Positions 40,501 through 53,527 of a DNA stretch of 64,000 nucleotides are shown in pieces; within the stretch, counting starts at the first letter, position 1; each line of letters opens with the position of its first letter. This DNA is from Octopus vulgaris. Lineage: Eukaryota. The notes beneath the pieces were generated by a model. That model was not told the origin of the DNA. It saw only the letters and a program-made list of their open reading frames with translations, and did no database searches. The DNA lies in NCBI GenBank assembly GCA_951406725.2, contig OX597814.1, positions 92,070,001 to 92,134,000 on the forward strand, in the 5' to 3' direction. The position numbers and the translations under genes were made by a program.

Positions 40501-40784
40501 AACAACAAACAAGATGAGGACAAATATCTGTCAAATGTAAATAATGTAAATAATGTACATAATTCCTCATCTCTTAAATATAGAACTGAAATACTTAAAA
40601 GTTGAGCTCCATGATAAATATCATTATCAGCAATATTAATCTCATAACCTCTCTCTTAATGAAATTACTACGGATTGTGTTACAACCGGTGATAATTGAA
40701 CGTTCATTGTTAAATTATACACTGAGCCTATTTGCCCCTGGCTAAATATATCCAATGTACGATCTATATATGCAAATGGTGCGA

Positions 40785-41320
40785 GTACACCTAACTTGAC
40801 GTATTGCTTACTAGCTTATTGCTGGTGTATGAGGGCCCATCAAAAGGTGATGACAGCGTCGATACAGGACATTTATCCTCCTCCGTCTCCAGCACATTCT
40901 TTCCTATGGGAGCGGACGTGGCTGACGTGATCGATACGAGACAAGGACATATCATATTGTCGAGCGCACAGAAAATGACCCAGAACAAAAGCCTCAGAGG
41001 TTTGATTACGACGTCTCCTCCTCTCTTCATGCAGTCTCCTGCATTCGCTTTCAAAGCACTCTGTTCCAGCATCACACATGTACTTCCATGACTTCCGATC
41101 AATAACCAACCGATTGGGAGGGACACAGGATAAAATGTGGGACCGCTTGAGATAATCATGAAAACTAAGTTTTGGACGTCCACGAGGTCTACATCCAGTC
41201 CCGTTCTTGCTGAAGAGCACCGTCTTTGGGAGCCGGTTACTCGGCATCTGAATTACATCATCAACCCAGCGGAGAATACGACGAAGGAAGCAAACATAAT
41301 AACAAAAGCACACGTTCAGT
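40785..41320 (-). mobile_element. RTE-clade LINE 3' end
   Basis: 'LRWVDDVIQMPSNRLPKTVLFS...RPRGRPKLSFHDYLK' and a terminal C2H2-like 'SRIDHVSHVRSH'. Confidence 0.8.
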
Positions 41321-42397
41321 AATTTCAAATAGTATCCACCCAAAAGATAATAATATCTAATTCAAACTTCTTTGCCATATTCCATAATCTTATTCCCTTT
41401 AACCTTTACTCCCCCTTATTAAGTTTTCTTTTGTTTATCAGTGTGCACAATATTTTATATATACTTATAACTGTGAGTATGGGTTTATTGTAGCGTGTTA
41501 ATGTCTGTCAATGTTTTGGGAGGTATGTGATCCTCTATATGTGAACGAACGTCTGTTTATATTTATAATTCTAGATCGATAAAGTCCTGTAAAACATACT
41601 TAAGTATCTGTATGCGTTTAGTGAGTTATAGTGAGTTTACAAATCTAGTTTTTAGTTCTTTCAAACAATTTCTTCCCATTACCTAATGATCATTTAGCTA
41701 AACTTTCTTTTACTTCCTTTTCTTTTTCTTCTGGTTTTTCTTTCATTTCTTTCCCCTTCACAATCTTACTATACTTCATTTCCATCTATCACAATATCTA
41801 GCTTGTTCCGACAAAACGTTATTTTAAATTCCAAGCACCCATTGTTCGTGTGTAAATATTTTGTGAATGAACGTAATCTTTATGTGCTTAAGTAAGTGCT
41901 TAAGTAAGTGTTGTAACAGCTATGTGTTGGGGATCTATTGATGTTTGGGGATGCGTATGCTCTTGTATATATCAATGATAGTTTGTGAGTATTAGTATGT
42001 CAACGTTAGCGTATAATTTAGTAAACGTTTGGTTCTAAGTCGTTACCACATGATTCTGTACGAGTAAATATTTAGAGATATCTATGCATGTGTGTAAGTA
42101 TATTTCAGAATATGTATGTATGTTGGTATGTATGTATGTGTGTATATGTATATATATATATATATATATAATATCTTATGTAGGTATATATTAATATATA
42201 TATGTATATATGTAAGTGTTTGTTTTTTGATGAGTATGTATTGGTATATGTTTGTGTTTTTGTATGAATTTAAGGTTTATATTTACACGTCACATGTTTT
42301 AGCATGAACGCCTGTATCCATATAAATACGTTACGTTTTGTAGGACTTTCTCTTTCGGTTAACATGTTTTTTTTTCTATGAGTTTCTTATCATAAAC

Positions 42398-42479
42398 CTC
42401 CTGAAGAGATTGGTGCACTATTGACCATTATTTAACCGGCCGGACATTTTAGAATGCACCCGTCCAAACGTATGTAGAG
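42398..42479 (+). ncRNA. Hammerhead motif with long stem II, core G12>C
   Basis: ctc-CTGAAGA-gattggtgca...tgcacccgtc-cAAAc-gtatgta/gag. Confidence 0.55.
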
Positions 42480-42552
42480 AACTTCATCATATAAATTGAT
42501 TAAGAACATCTCGAGCGTTCGTCTCCTTTTTATATTGTATATATATACATAA

Positions 42553-42631
<79 letters not shown>

Positions 42632-42828
42632 ATACGAAAATATTATTTGAATACCTGTGCACGTTGCGTTTGAGTTGTGTGTATGTGTGTGCATATCTGA
42701 GGTGTGTCTGTATATATGAGGAGGAGTGACAATCAAGGAGATTTTTATTAAAAAAGTTTTGAATTGAAATTAACGAAGTTTCGGGGATATATCTATGTCT
42801 CTGTATGCGTATGTATATGTACATATTT

Positions 42829-43140
42829 ATACATACATACATACATACATACATACATACATTCATACATACATACATACATACATACATACATACATAC
42901 ATACATACATACATACATACATACATACATTCATATACATATTGACATATATTTGTCTGTGTGTGTGTCTGTCTGTGTATGTTCCTGTGCTTGTATGTGT
43001 GTGCATATGTATGTCTGTGTGTACTTATATATCTATGTATGTATGCGTGTAGGTAAGTAAGTAGGTAGGTAGGTAGGTAGGTAGGTAGGTAGGTAGGTAG
43101 GTAGGTAAGTATGTAGGTACGTAGACAGGTAGGCAGGCAG
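42829..43140. repeat. (ATAC)n and (GTAG)n tetranucleotide microsatellites
   Basis: Directly visible. Confidence 0.95.
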
Positions 43141-45344
43141 GTGTGTTGATTCATTTTGTATGTATATGTGCATTTGTCACTATTATTGATAATATATATT
43201 ATATAGAAAAGGAAATACCAAATTTGTTATGAAAGGAAACAACAAATTAAAACTTATTATTAGAAAACTATAATTTGAAACTATATATTTTATAGATTTT
43301 TGTTCGCTATAAAAGACTATGTGATGGAATTTTTGATAAAATACCACATATTCCTACATTTCATTTCATAATTTGTGGTTAGTTGTATAACAACGTATCT
43401 CATAAATATTTATTCACTAGTTGTACAACCTACTAACAAACTAAAATGCTTTATCAAAATACTGAATTGTAAACTTTGGTGACTGCAGTAATCGAAAAAT
43501 TCCAATTATTTAGTAAATCCTGAATTATGTGACATTCATTATCAGATTTATTTAAAATGCTAGATTATTGAAACGGTGTCAATCGATTTTATATCATCTT
43601 TTAATACGGTTCAAATCTCATAAATTGATATATGTATAGAAAGCGAAATATAGATATTTGTATATTGTTAAAATGTATCACTTATAATTTTTGCTCTTGA
43701 AGGTAATTATTGGAAGATACTGACTGAATTTAAACTTACAAAAGTAAATATACCTACATTTCAGAAAGAGTTACGCTAGACCAATCCTGGCGAACCAGAA
43801 GTGTAAACCTTGTTGTCTCGTTGATAGAGTAAATTAGTTAATAACTCTTGGTCTCGTTGAAAACTGCCATATCTAAGTACATTGATTTGAGAACACTGAG
43901 ATGCCCTGCGACTACACTGAAACGGGTCATGTGCATTTATATTTTCCTTTCAATATTTTCGTTATAGAGGATTGAGAAAACATGCCTTCGTAAGTTCAGT
44001 AAGTTCATGTAAGCTCACTTTCAGTGAGTGTGCAAAGTGAAATAGAAAATAAAAATCGTTACATGTCCGATGAAAATTCTACCAACATAGATTTAATCAG
44101 CGAATCAGTATTGTGTGGCTCCCGTAACTAGTTATATGATGACTATGATAAAATCCGAAAATAGTAGACGTTATTGGCAAAATTGAGGGAATCTCATGAT
44201 AAGTATGTAATTAAAGGACATTGTAGACAAAACCACAGGCAAAAGTTTGAGGAGAAAGAAAAAAACTGTAAATAACAGAAAAAAATGTTGCATTCTTTGC
44301 TAGTTGAAAATTGATATGTAATGCCTAGAAGAAAGCAATCAAGAAGGAATCAGGAGCGATATTGTATTAAAAAAGAAACAGAACATGCAATGTTTAACAC
44401 TAAGGATGAGAAGTGGTGATAATAAAGTTCTTAAGAGATGAGGCATACATTTGTAACAATAATCTGATATAGACTAAAACCTAAAACTAAAAATGAGATA
44501 AAATAAATTAAATTCAATGTAGTATATAAATACGCCTACAGAGAGATTGATCGTGCTATGCTATATTGCAATTTCATAATATCTAGTTAATGTGTGTAAA
44601 TGGTAGAAGAGATATTGAAAATACTGCGTGATACAAAAAGAGAGGGATAAAAAAAACAAAAATGCATTAAAAATCGTAGTTGAAATTCGGTCAATAACTT
44701 TTTTTTCTACAGGATATAGCCTACAAGATGCACTCTGCAGAATAAAGGAATGAACCCGTTGGGATTTTTAATACCATCTAATACAACATTATTTGGGGTC
44801 GGCGATTTAGTTTTAAAAAATGTCTACCAAGCGCTGATATATTTTTACTGCGACAAAAATGCGAGGAATAACACATGATGTAGCAAACCATATCGATTCA
44901 ATACTTAAAGCAGAAGAGGTTACGGCTGAGGATTTTAACGGTTATTAATTTTATGTATAAAAGAATTACTGAAGTTAAAAATTAAATGAACAAATAAATT
45001 TTAGGTCTAAAAGCGGAGAGTGAGGGTCGTGTATTGTGAAAGTGAAAGATAAGAAAGGTATGTTCGTCTGAAAGATTTCCAACAGTTGAGATTTAAAAGA
45101 AAAAGTCTTATAGAATGCAATAGTTAACAACTAGCAAGGAGAGTCTCATAGACATGGTCATTTTCTAGAGACTACATGTTACTTTCACGATAATTTAAGA
45201 TTTAACTCTATATATATCCATCTGACAGTAACCAGAAGTGTGTCACATGTATGAACAAATATCTGATGAAGCTAACTTTGCACAAATCGTACTGGGGGTT
45301 AGAAGGATATACATTCAGGATGGGGAAAATTTCCTTCCACACGA

Positions 45345-45411
<67 letters not shown>

Positions 45412-46479
45412 ACTCTCTCTCTCTCCGTTTAATATACTGGGTGTGAAAATGATAGATTGGTCGTCAATGAGCTCAAACTTTGTAAAGAAACATGATACAA
45501 TATCAGTTATCCTTTCTACGGATAAATGTTAGAACCTTGTAGACTGGGGAATGTTGTTAGTCGAATTTGGCAAGTATACAAGTAAACAATGGAAAAGAAT
45601 GTTTGTCGGTAATACACAAATTGATGAGGAACTTCTTAGAAGAGTTGCAGACAAACACGATGTCATTTGTTACTTTGTCGCCGACATCACTGTACATCTT
45701 TATGATTTTAGTTATGAAAAAGTAATAAATCGATGTTTTCCTTTGCACATTTTCCGAACCAGCTAAACACTGCAATTAAATATCGATAATGTACAAAACA
45801 GCTTTGACATGAAACGTTTCCATGTCTGTGTTTGTGTATGTGGGTGAACATGTAAAAGGTGTATTTATCTTTATTTGTCTCACAATATTCCAGTTTTGAA
45901 ATATATAAAGTATTACAATCAATTGTGATTGTAACAGTATTATTTCATTTGATCTAATGTTTAGTATGATTAAAAAGTAAGATTTACTGTAAATTGAGAT
46001 GAGTGGAAACTTTAGATGTATTGAAATAATTGCACAGGTGTACAAAAATTTTGTATAAGTGTATGTAACACTGTGCTTTATTTATTTGAATTCTTCACTA
46101 AAGTTAGGACCTGATTTTTAACGTAGAAACGAAATCTGCTTCACAGAATTTAGGACCTGATTCGTAACATAGCAATAAAATCTGCATCACTGGAATTTGG
46201 ATAATGGTTATATATATAACCAATGATAAAGGTACATGATATATCCTACTTTAGAAAAGCTTACCTATTTTTACTGCTACACTTGCTCATTGCATTTGCA
46301 AAGTTCGCGTTAGCTGATCCTTTTCTTTGCTTGAAAATTCTAGGTAACCAAGTACGCAAATGTCAAATTTATAAACAAGATAGAGAAATGTGGGTGTTTA
46401 AATTGGCGTTCATATTAGATTGAACGGAAAGTTCTCAGTGTCATTTTGCAAAATCTTTCAACGCTTCATTGAACACACC

Positions 46480-47873
46480 TGAGACGTAATACAGTTAAAA
46501 CGTTGGCGTTGCTTCAAGTGGTAGTGCATGTTTGCTTTGTTTCTGACTAAAAATAGATTTATCTTTTATTCCGTTTACCCTTTATTGACATTTGAAATGG
46601 ATAACCAGAAATATCATGTTCGCGTTATGAAGCTTTTCTTTTTAAAAAAAAAAAGAAAATGTTGAAAAGACATGCAAAAACACTCGTAAAGTTTATGGTG
46701 ATATTACTGTAGGTGAATCAAGTCTTGGAAAGTGGTTTGCAAAATTTAAAGTTGCAGAGCGGAGCTTGGAAAATGACAGTCGCAGTGGAATACCTTCAAA
46801 ATTGGATGAAGATGCTTTGAAGACAAAATTCGAAGAAAACTCAAATATCACGACTAGAGAATTTGCAGAGGAGTTGGAAGTTTCTAAAAGTGCGGCTCAT
46901 GAACACCTAGTGAAGCTAGGATACATGTCTAGGCTATAATGTATGGGTCGCTCGCAAACTCTCAGAAGGGAATTGCTTGGACCAGTATTCCGTTTGTGAT
47001 ATGCTTTGTTTGAAATAGTTTGTGACTGGAGATGAAAGATGGACTGAGTACGAAAACGTAGTGCGAAAAAGATCCTGGAGTTTGCGTAAGGATCCTTCCA
47101 AAATAGCAACCAAAGACGAACATCCATGCCAAAAACGCTATGCTTTGTGTTTCGTGGGTTCATGAAGGCATAATTTATTATGAGCTTCTCCTACAAAACC
47201 AGACCGTTAATTCTGATGTCTACTATCAGCTGACTAATTTGAACCAAAAATTAAAAGAATAGAGGCCGGAGATTGCCAACTGGAAAGGGGTTGTGTTCCA
47301 ATGCCAACAGAAAAGGGATAGTGTTCTAATGCCAACAGGAAAGGGGTAGTGTTCCAATGCCAACAGGAAAGGGGTAGTGTTCTAATGCCAACAGGAAAGG
47401 AGTTGTGTTCCAATGCCAACAGGAAAGGGGTAGTGTTCCAACGCCAACAGGAAAGGGGTAGTGTTCCAACGCCAACAGGAAAGGGGTAGTGTTCCAACAA
47501 GACAATGCCCGATCACATGTGTCTTTGACTACTCGAACAAAGTTACATGATCTTGGCTGGGATCTCTTACCCCATCCACCATATTCTCCTGATATTGCGC
47601 CATCCGACTACCACTTGTTTTTATCGTTACAGACTTTATTGGAAAAAAAGCATTAAGTGATTTAAATGAAGCCAAAATGCATCCAGATAACTTTTTTCTT
47701 AAAAACCAGTCAAATTTTATGCTAATGGAATATTTAAATTGCCTAATAGATGGGAAAATGTCATTAATAATAATGGAAATTATTTTATTAAATAAAATTT
47801 ATTGAAAGGTCAATTATTCATATCCCTTTTTGAATATTAAAAAAATACTTATAAACTTCAGGCCAACCTAATA
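46480..47873 (+). mobile_element. Decayed mariner (DD34D) transposon
   Basis: ATG at 46597 'MDNQKYHVR', 'IVTGDERW', 'FQQDNARSH' and 'HPPYSPDIAPSDYHLF'; right TIR 'aaacttcaggccaacctaata'. Left TIR not recognised. Confidence 0.9.
47275..47498 (+). repeat. 28-bp minisatellite x8 inside the mariner transposase
   Basis: Unit gccaacaggaaaggggtagtgttccaat starting at 47275, 47303, 47331, 47359, 47387, 47415, 47443 and 47471. Confidence 0.97.
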
Positions 47874-48311
47874 CACCCTAATTTCAGGCAACTCAGCTCA
47901 ATTACTATGTATTTTCTTTCTGTCTCAGTCAAATCTGTTATGATTGCAATTGATAGAAGTTTATGTTAGGAACGTGCCAACATTTTTTCTTATATTGATA
48001 TGTATGTAAGCACTCAATATCGGATGTGTTGTTTATATTTATCCCTAGCTGGTCCTTCCAGGGGATGGCGTTTCATATTGTTTTCACATCAATTTCATGC
48101 TGATATCTCTGTGTTATGTTCTCTACACAAAAGTGATATATAATAGCTTGTATCTTGTTATTTTAAGGATATGTATGTCCTTTCTTAAGCAGATATTCAA
48201 TTACCTTCTTCTGGTCATGGATTGCAAAGTTTAACCTTCGAAATGTAGCGTGATGTAACGTCGTGAATTCCAGCGAGACTAAACTTCGTTCTAATACTAT
48301 CATTTTCTTCA

Positions 48312-48520
48312 GGGCAGCGAGCTGGCAGAATCATTAACATGTCGGGCAAAATACTTAGCAGCATTTCGTCCGTCTTTACGTTCTGAATCAAAATTCGCCG
48401 GGATTGACTTTACATTTCGTCTTTTCTGGTTGGATGAAATAAGTACCAGTTGAGTACCGGGATTGTTCTAATCAACTCACTCCTTTCCCCGAAGTTTCTT
48501 ACCTTGTGTCAAAATTTGAA
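48312..48520 (+). mobile_element. SINE family A copy
   Basis: 'gcagcgagctggcagaatc...ttctgaatcaaaattcgccg...aagtaccagttgag'. Confidence 0.8.
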
Positions 48521-49559
48521 TACCTCAAATCGATTTTCATTCTTCCACTTCACTCTATAATACATATCTTATCTAAATTAACTATTGCTTAACCATTTTC
48601 TCACACCGTCTCTGATAAAGAGATATATAAAATATCCCGGAAACAGCCTTAATACCTTCTATTTATAAATGTTCTTGGATGTTTATCTCATTGCCCAAAA
48701 TTTTTTCATATATATAGACATATTGATATATGATCTACGTTGGGCTCCTTATTCGTATAATCAGTGAACCTGGAGCTTAACTATAGTCTGTCCATAGCAC
48801 TTACTCAGCGTTACCTGACATCTTTGGGTCTTATTGACACCATTACCTCTCATAACATCTCTCTCTCTCTCTCTCTCTGTCTCCCCTCTCTCTCTATATC
48901 TCATAACATCTCTCTCTCTCTCTCTCTCTCTGTCTCCCCTCTCTCTCTATATATACATACACACATACACACACATATATATATATATATATCAAGAGAT
49001 TTCTTTCAGCTTTCTCCTACCAAATTACGAAATACCTTCACCAGACTCTGGTTCACATGGGACGACTTGCCCAAAGTGCAACGCAATGGGACTGATTCCT
49101 GAATTAAAAATACGTACCACACAACCGCGCTTGCGCCTATAAAATAGGATTAATTTTGTTGCATATTTGCAGATCCACAACTGGTCTTGTTTTTATTTTG
49201 TGCTCTGAATCTACAATTTCCATTTGATTGTATTCTAATGAGGCGGTTGTTTCCATGTTTATGTTTCACCAGTATTACTTAGTACAGTTTGTTTCAATAT
49301 GTTCTATTTTGCTATTATGTTTCTTTTTTTTTACATTCGTACAAACAGTTTTCTATTTCATATTGCTCCTACAATGTTCTGTCTTACATCTGAATATATG
49401 GCACATTTTGTGATGAGTAGCTACTCTACAAATTTAGTTAAGTGTACATTTAATGTGTTATGACCTGATGCTTTTTCTTTTTACTGGCGAAAATTCTTAA
49501 TAGAAATTTCTTGCTTCTTGACTGCATGAAGAGAAAATTAGAGATGAAATATTCTTTTC

Positions 49560-49750
49560 TATTTTAGGCACAAGGCCCGACATTTGGGTGGGGGCAGTCC
49601 ATTAGATCGATACAGTACGCAACTGGTACTTAATTTATCGACCTTGAAAGGATGAACGACAAAATCGACCTCGGCGGAATTTGAGCTCAGAACTTAAAGA
49701 CAGACGAAATATCGCTAAGCACTTTGCCCGGCGTGCAAACTTTTCTGTCG
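49560..49750 (-). mobile_element. SINE family A copy
   Basis: Reverse complement of family A ('caactggtacttaatttatcgacc...cgacctcggcggaatttga'). Confidence 0.8.
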
Positions 49751-49825
49751 GGCTTTTAACTCAGTTTATTACATTTACGGTTTATGTATCCACATGTCTA
49801 TATATCTCTGTATGTGTGGATGTGC

Positions 49826-49965
49826 GTGGCTTAGTGTTTAGAATACTGGACACATCGTAAGATTGTGATTATGACTCCTGGACCAGGTGATGCGCTGCGT
49901 TCTTGAGCAAAACACTTCATTTCACGTTGCTCCAGTCCACTCAGCTGGCAAGAATGAGTAATCAT
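49826..49965 (+). mobile_element. tRNA-derived SINE 5' part (CORE/MESC-like)
   Basis: A-box-like 'gtggcttagtgttta' followed by 'ttcttgagcaaaacacttcatttcacgttgctccagtccactcagctg'. Confidence 0.6.
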
Positions 49966-50659
49966 GTGAGAGACCGGAAGGAAGGAAGGAAGAAAGGCAC
50001 GGATGTGGGTATGCATGAATGAAAGTGTATCTGCGTGTATGAATGTGAGAATGATTAGATTCCGTAATGCTTCCACTCTAGCAAGTAATATTATGAATAG
50101 AAGCTTTAATACATGGTGGTTGTGCCTCTGATTCGCAACAAAAATTTAAAGAGAAAAATAGTAATTCGTATTGTGTCTGATTTTTCTCCTTTGCTCTAAA
50201 CGAGACGTTCAAATTTTCCTTTCCAACATATTCAGTAAGAAAAAATCAATCAAATATAGAATATTAATTCTACTGAGGGCGTCGAATTACAATTTATGTG
50301 TTAGCTAATTTACAGAAGTATATGAACAGCGAAGTGCTTCTGATAACATAAATTTTTACTTTTATTTTTACCCACATTATTATATTAACACCGAATTGTT
50401 TTGTTTTTTTTTCTTTCTTATCTGATTACTGAAACCACTAATCTATAGAAGAAAAAATACTTCATGAAATTTCATTAATGTTCCTCAGCTAATATCATAC
50501 ATCATTATCTTCTGTGCTTCTAATAGATATCTTAAAAATTATATTTTTCTATGATGAAGTATTAAATAAACAAACAGCTTATTCGTTAGCTAATTAGTAA
50601 GTTAGTTAACAATCTTACATGGATATTTCATATATCTTTTAATTATCTCAATCGTTAGA

Positions 50660-51190
<531 letters not shown>

Positions 51191-51469
51191 ATATATATAT
51201 ATATATATATATGGCTATATACGGGATTTGTGGTTGAGGAGACAGGAATAAAGTAGCTATTCGATTCGTAAGTTATTAACTGATCAAATGTAGGTACATC
51301 TGAACATATAATTTTGGTGAAGTGCCGATAATTAATTTTTACTCTTGTGTACACATCTATTTGCGAACATGCAATTACTCCAATGAATCTAATATTTTAT
51401 CACACATGGCCAATTAGAAAATTACTATTTTTAAATCTCACAACGTGAGATATTCAAGAACAGTACTTT

Positions 51470-51891
51470 GTTGTAAAGATTGTTTGCCAACATAACATGG
51501 CAGTCCTGGTTTAGGACGAATGTTGCTGTAATTTAGCCCCAGAAGACATCGTCTCCAGCTGGCTAAACGACACGCTCTGTGTCCTTATATTTTCGAACAA
51601 GGTAATCTAGCACCCCCACTCAGTTCAAAACGGTATCTGTGTATCGCGATTCCCGGGTAATTTCCGTTCATCAGCATAGAATACTTGTGCTGATGAAGGG
51701 AAATAACGCGGAAATCGCGATACACAGATACTGTTTTGAGCTGAGTGGGGGTGCTAGATTCCCTTGTTCGAAAATATGACACAGATCGTGTCGTGTAGCC
51801 AGCTGGAAATAACATCTATTGGGGCTAAATTACAGCAACATTCATCCTAAACCAGGACTGCCATGTTATGTTGGCAAACAATCTTTACTAC
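51470..51891. repeat. ~420-bp long inverted repeat with two outward-facing hammerhead motifs at its axis
   Basis: Arms run from gtaaagattgtttgccaacataac... to ...gttatgttggcaaacaatctttac; centre ttcatcagcatagaatacttgtgctgatgaa. Confidence 0.92.
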
Positions 51892-53471
51892 ATACCAACC
51901 AATATCCTGGAAATAGCCCTTACACTGGTGGTTCTGGTTGGAACTCTCCTCTCGACCTTTTGTTTGATGAAATTTGTTCAGGACCACAGAAAGGACCTAC
52001 AGCACATGATGGTAAAGCTCAATTGTCATTTCAAAAACATAACAAAACTGCCAGCCACCTTTTTAATATCTGATACTTATTCGTCAAAGCATCATAAATC
52101 TACGCTTGTAAAATTAGCTGCCTTACTGGATTCAGCAAAATGGAAAATGATAAGGCATTATGACGAGAAATGAAACCATATCTATTAAAAATCGAAAGGT
52201 TGCGAGGCTTAAGTTAAAGGACGAACTGTATTATGTGGTGTTCATGCAAGGAGAAACGTAGCAGGTAAATGAGTCCGAGTCTCTTCTTGCCCCTGTTGGA
52301 AGATTTCATTTAATATATTCTGCTTGTACAAATGTTGTGTGCATAATTTTACGAACCTGCGTAAAATCAAGAAGACAAAAAATAGAAAAAAGTATGTGTA
52401 CGTGTGTGTGTTTGTGTGTGAGTGTACGTATGTACGTGTGTGTGTGTACGTGTGTAAATGTGTGTGTGTGTGTGTGTATGTGTGTGTGTGTGCGTGTCTG
52501 GTTGTGCGCGCGTTGTGTGTAAAGACCTAAACAGCTTTAATATTTGACCGAAACTCCCCGTAGGTTTAAACATTTAATTTCCATTAATTTAAATCCCGGT
52601 GTGGCTCCTCTCTTTTATTGCTAAGTATTAATTCACACTGTCTCTTGATTAATTAAGACGATTTTCAACATTTTTATCTCATTTTAACTTTCGAATTCAA
52701 ATCCTGCTGTAGTCATGTTTCAGTTTATGAACCCAACGTTGATGAAGTAGATACCACTCAAGTGCTTATAATTGGCATAAACTACTGTACTCACCCCTAC
52801 ATTTTATGTTCTAATGCTTATCATGATGTCTAAAGAGACCATGATATGGAAAATGTTAATTCACTAGGCTTATGAAGTAAAAAGCAAACGTGGAAACAGA
52901 AATATTGCCAGCGGTTTGTATTATGTATTTAACTCTGTAGATACAACAGATTCAGAGCATGTCTGCACATCTTTATCTGATGCAAGCCATGACGTCTGTG
53001 TTGAGGTTAGTAGCGGACTGAAAAACAACTTGGTATGTGGGGCAAGGCACGAGAAGCAGACAATCATAAATTATGGAAACGAGGTAATGATTCACCAAGT
53101 TCCATCTAATGGCTCAAAGGTTGATGTTTTTCGTATGTCTCTGGATGAGACTAATTACCCTACTTTCAAGAGTAGCTCTCTCCCTACTCGTTTTGAAGTT
53201 TGGACCAAACCTCAAATTCACTAACTAGCTTGTCACTGCAGTGACATATGCAGAAAATGGTGATGCTGCAGCTCTACCCCCCCCCTCACTGTTTGTTATA
53301 TCTTCGGTGTTCCACTGAGATAGGGGTAAGATGAACAGGGGATATTTATATTTGGTCACCATCACAAAAGTATCTACAGCAACTGGCGAACTCCCTTTAC
53401 ATTCTGTCAGATCATTCTCACATTCGAATGATAGCAAGTTAAACTTTTATACACGGACTTGAACACACACG

Positions 53472-53527
<56 letters not shown>

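Noticed and set aside
46104-46198. ~46-bp tandem duplication (also ~51-bp at 48850-48950)
   Set aside because: Ordinary local duplications with no further structure.
47275-47498. Regular 28-bp repeats suggesting a CRISPR array
   Set aside because: Head-to-tail units without unique spacers, no cas genes, eukaryotic context, and the unit is mariner coding sequence.
51895-52073. 'YPGNSPYTGG...AHD' resembling parvoviral PLA2
   Set aside because: Spacing and the YLGPG / DxxAxxHD motifs do not match.
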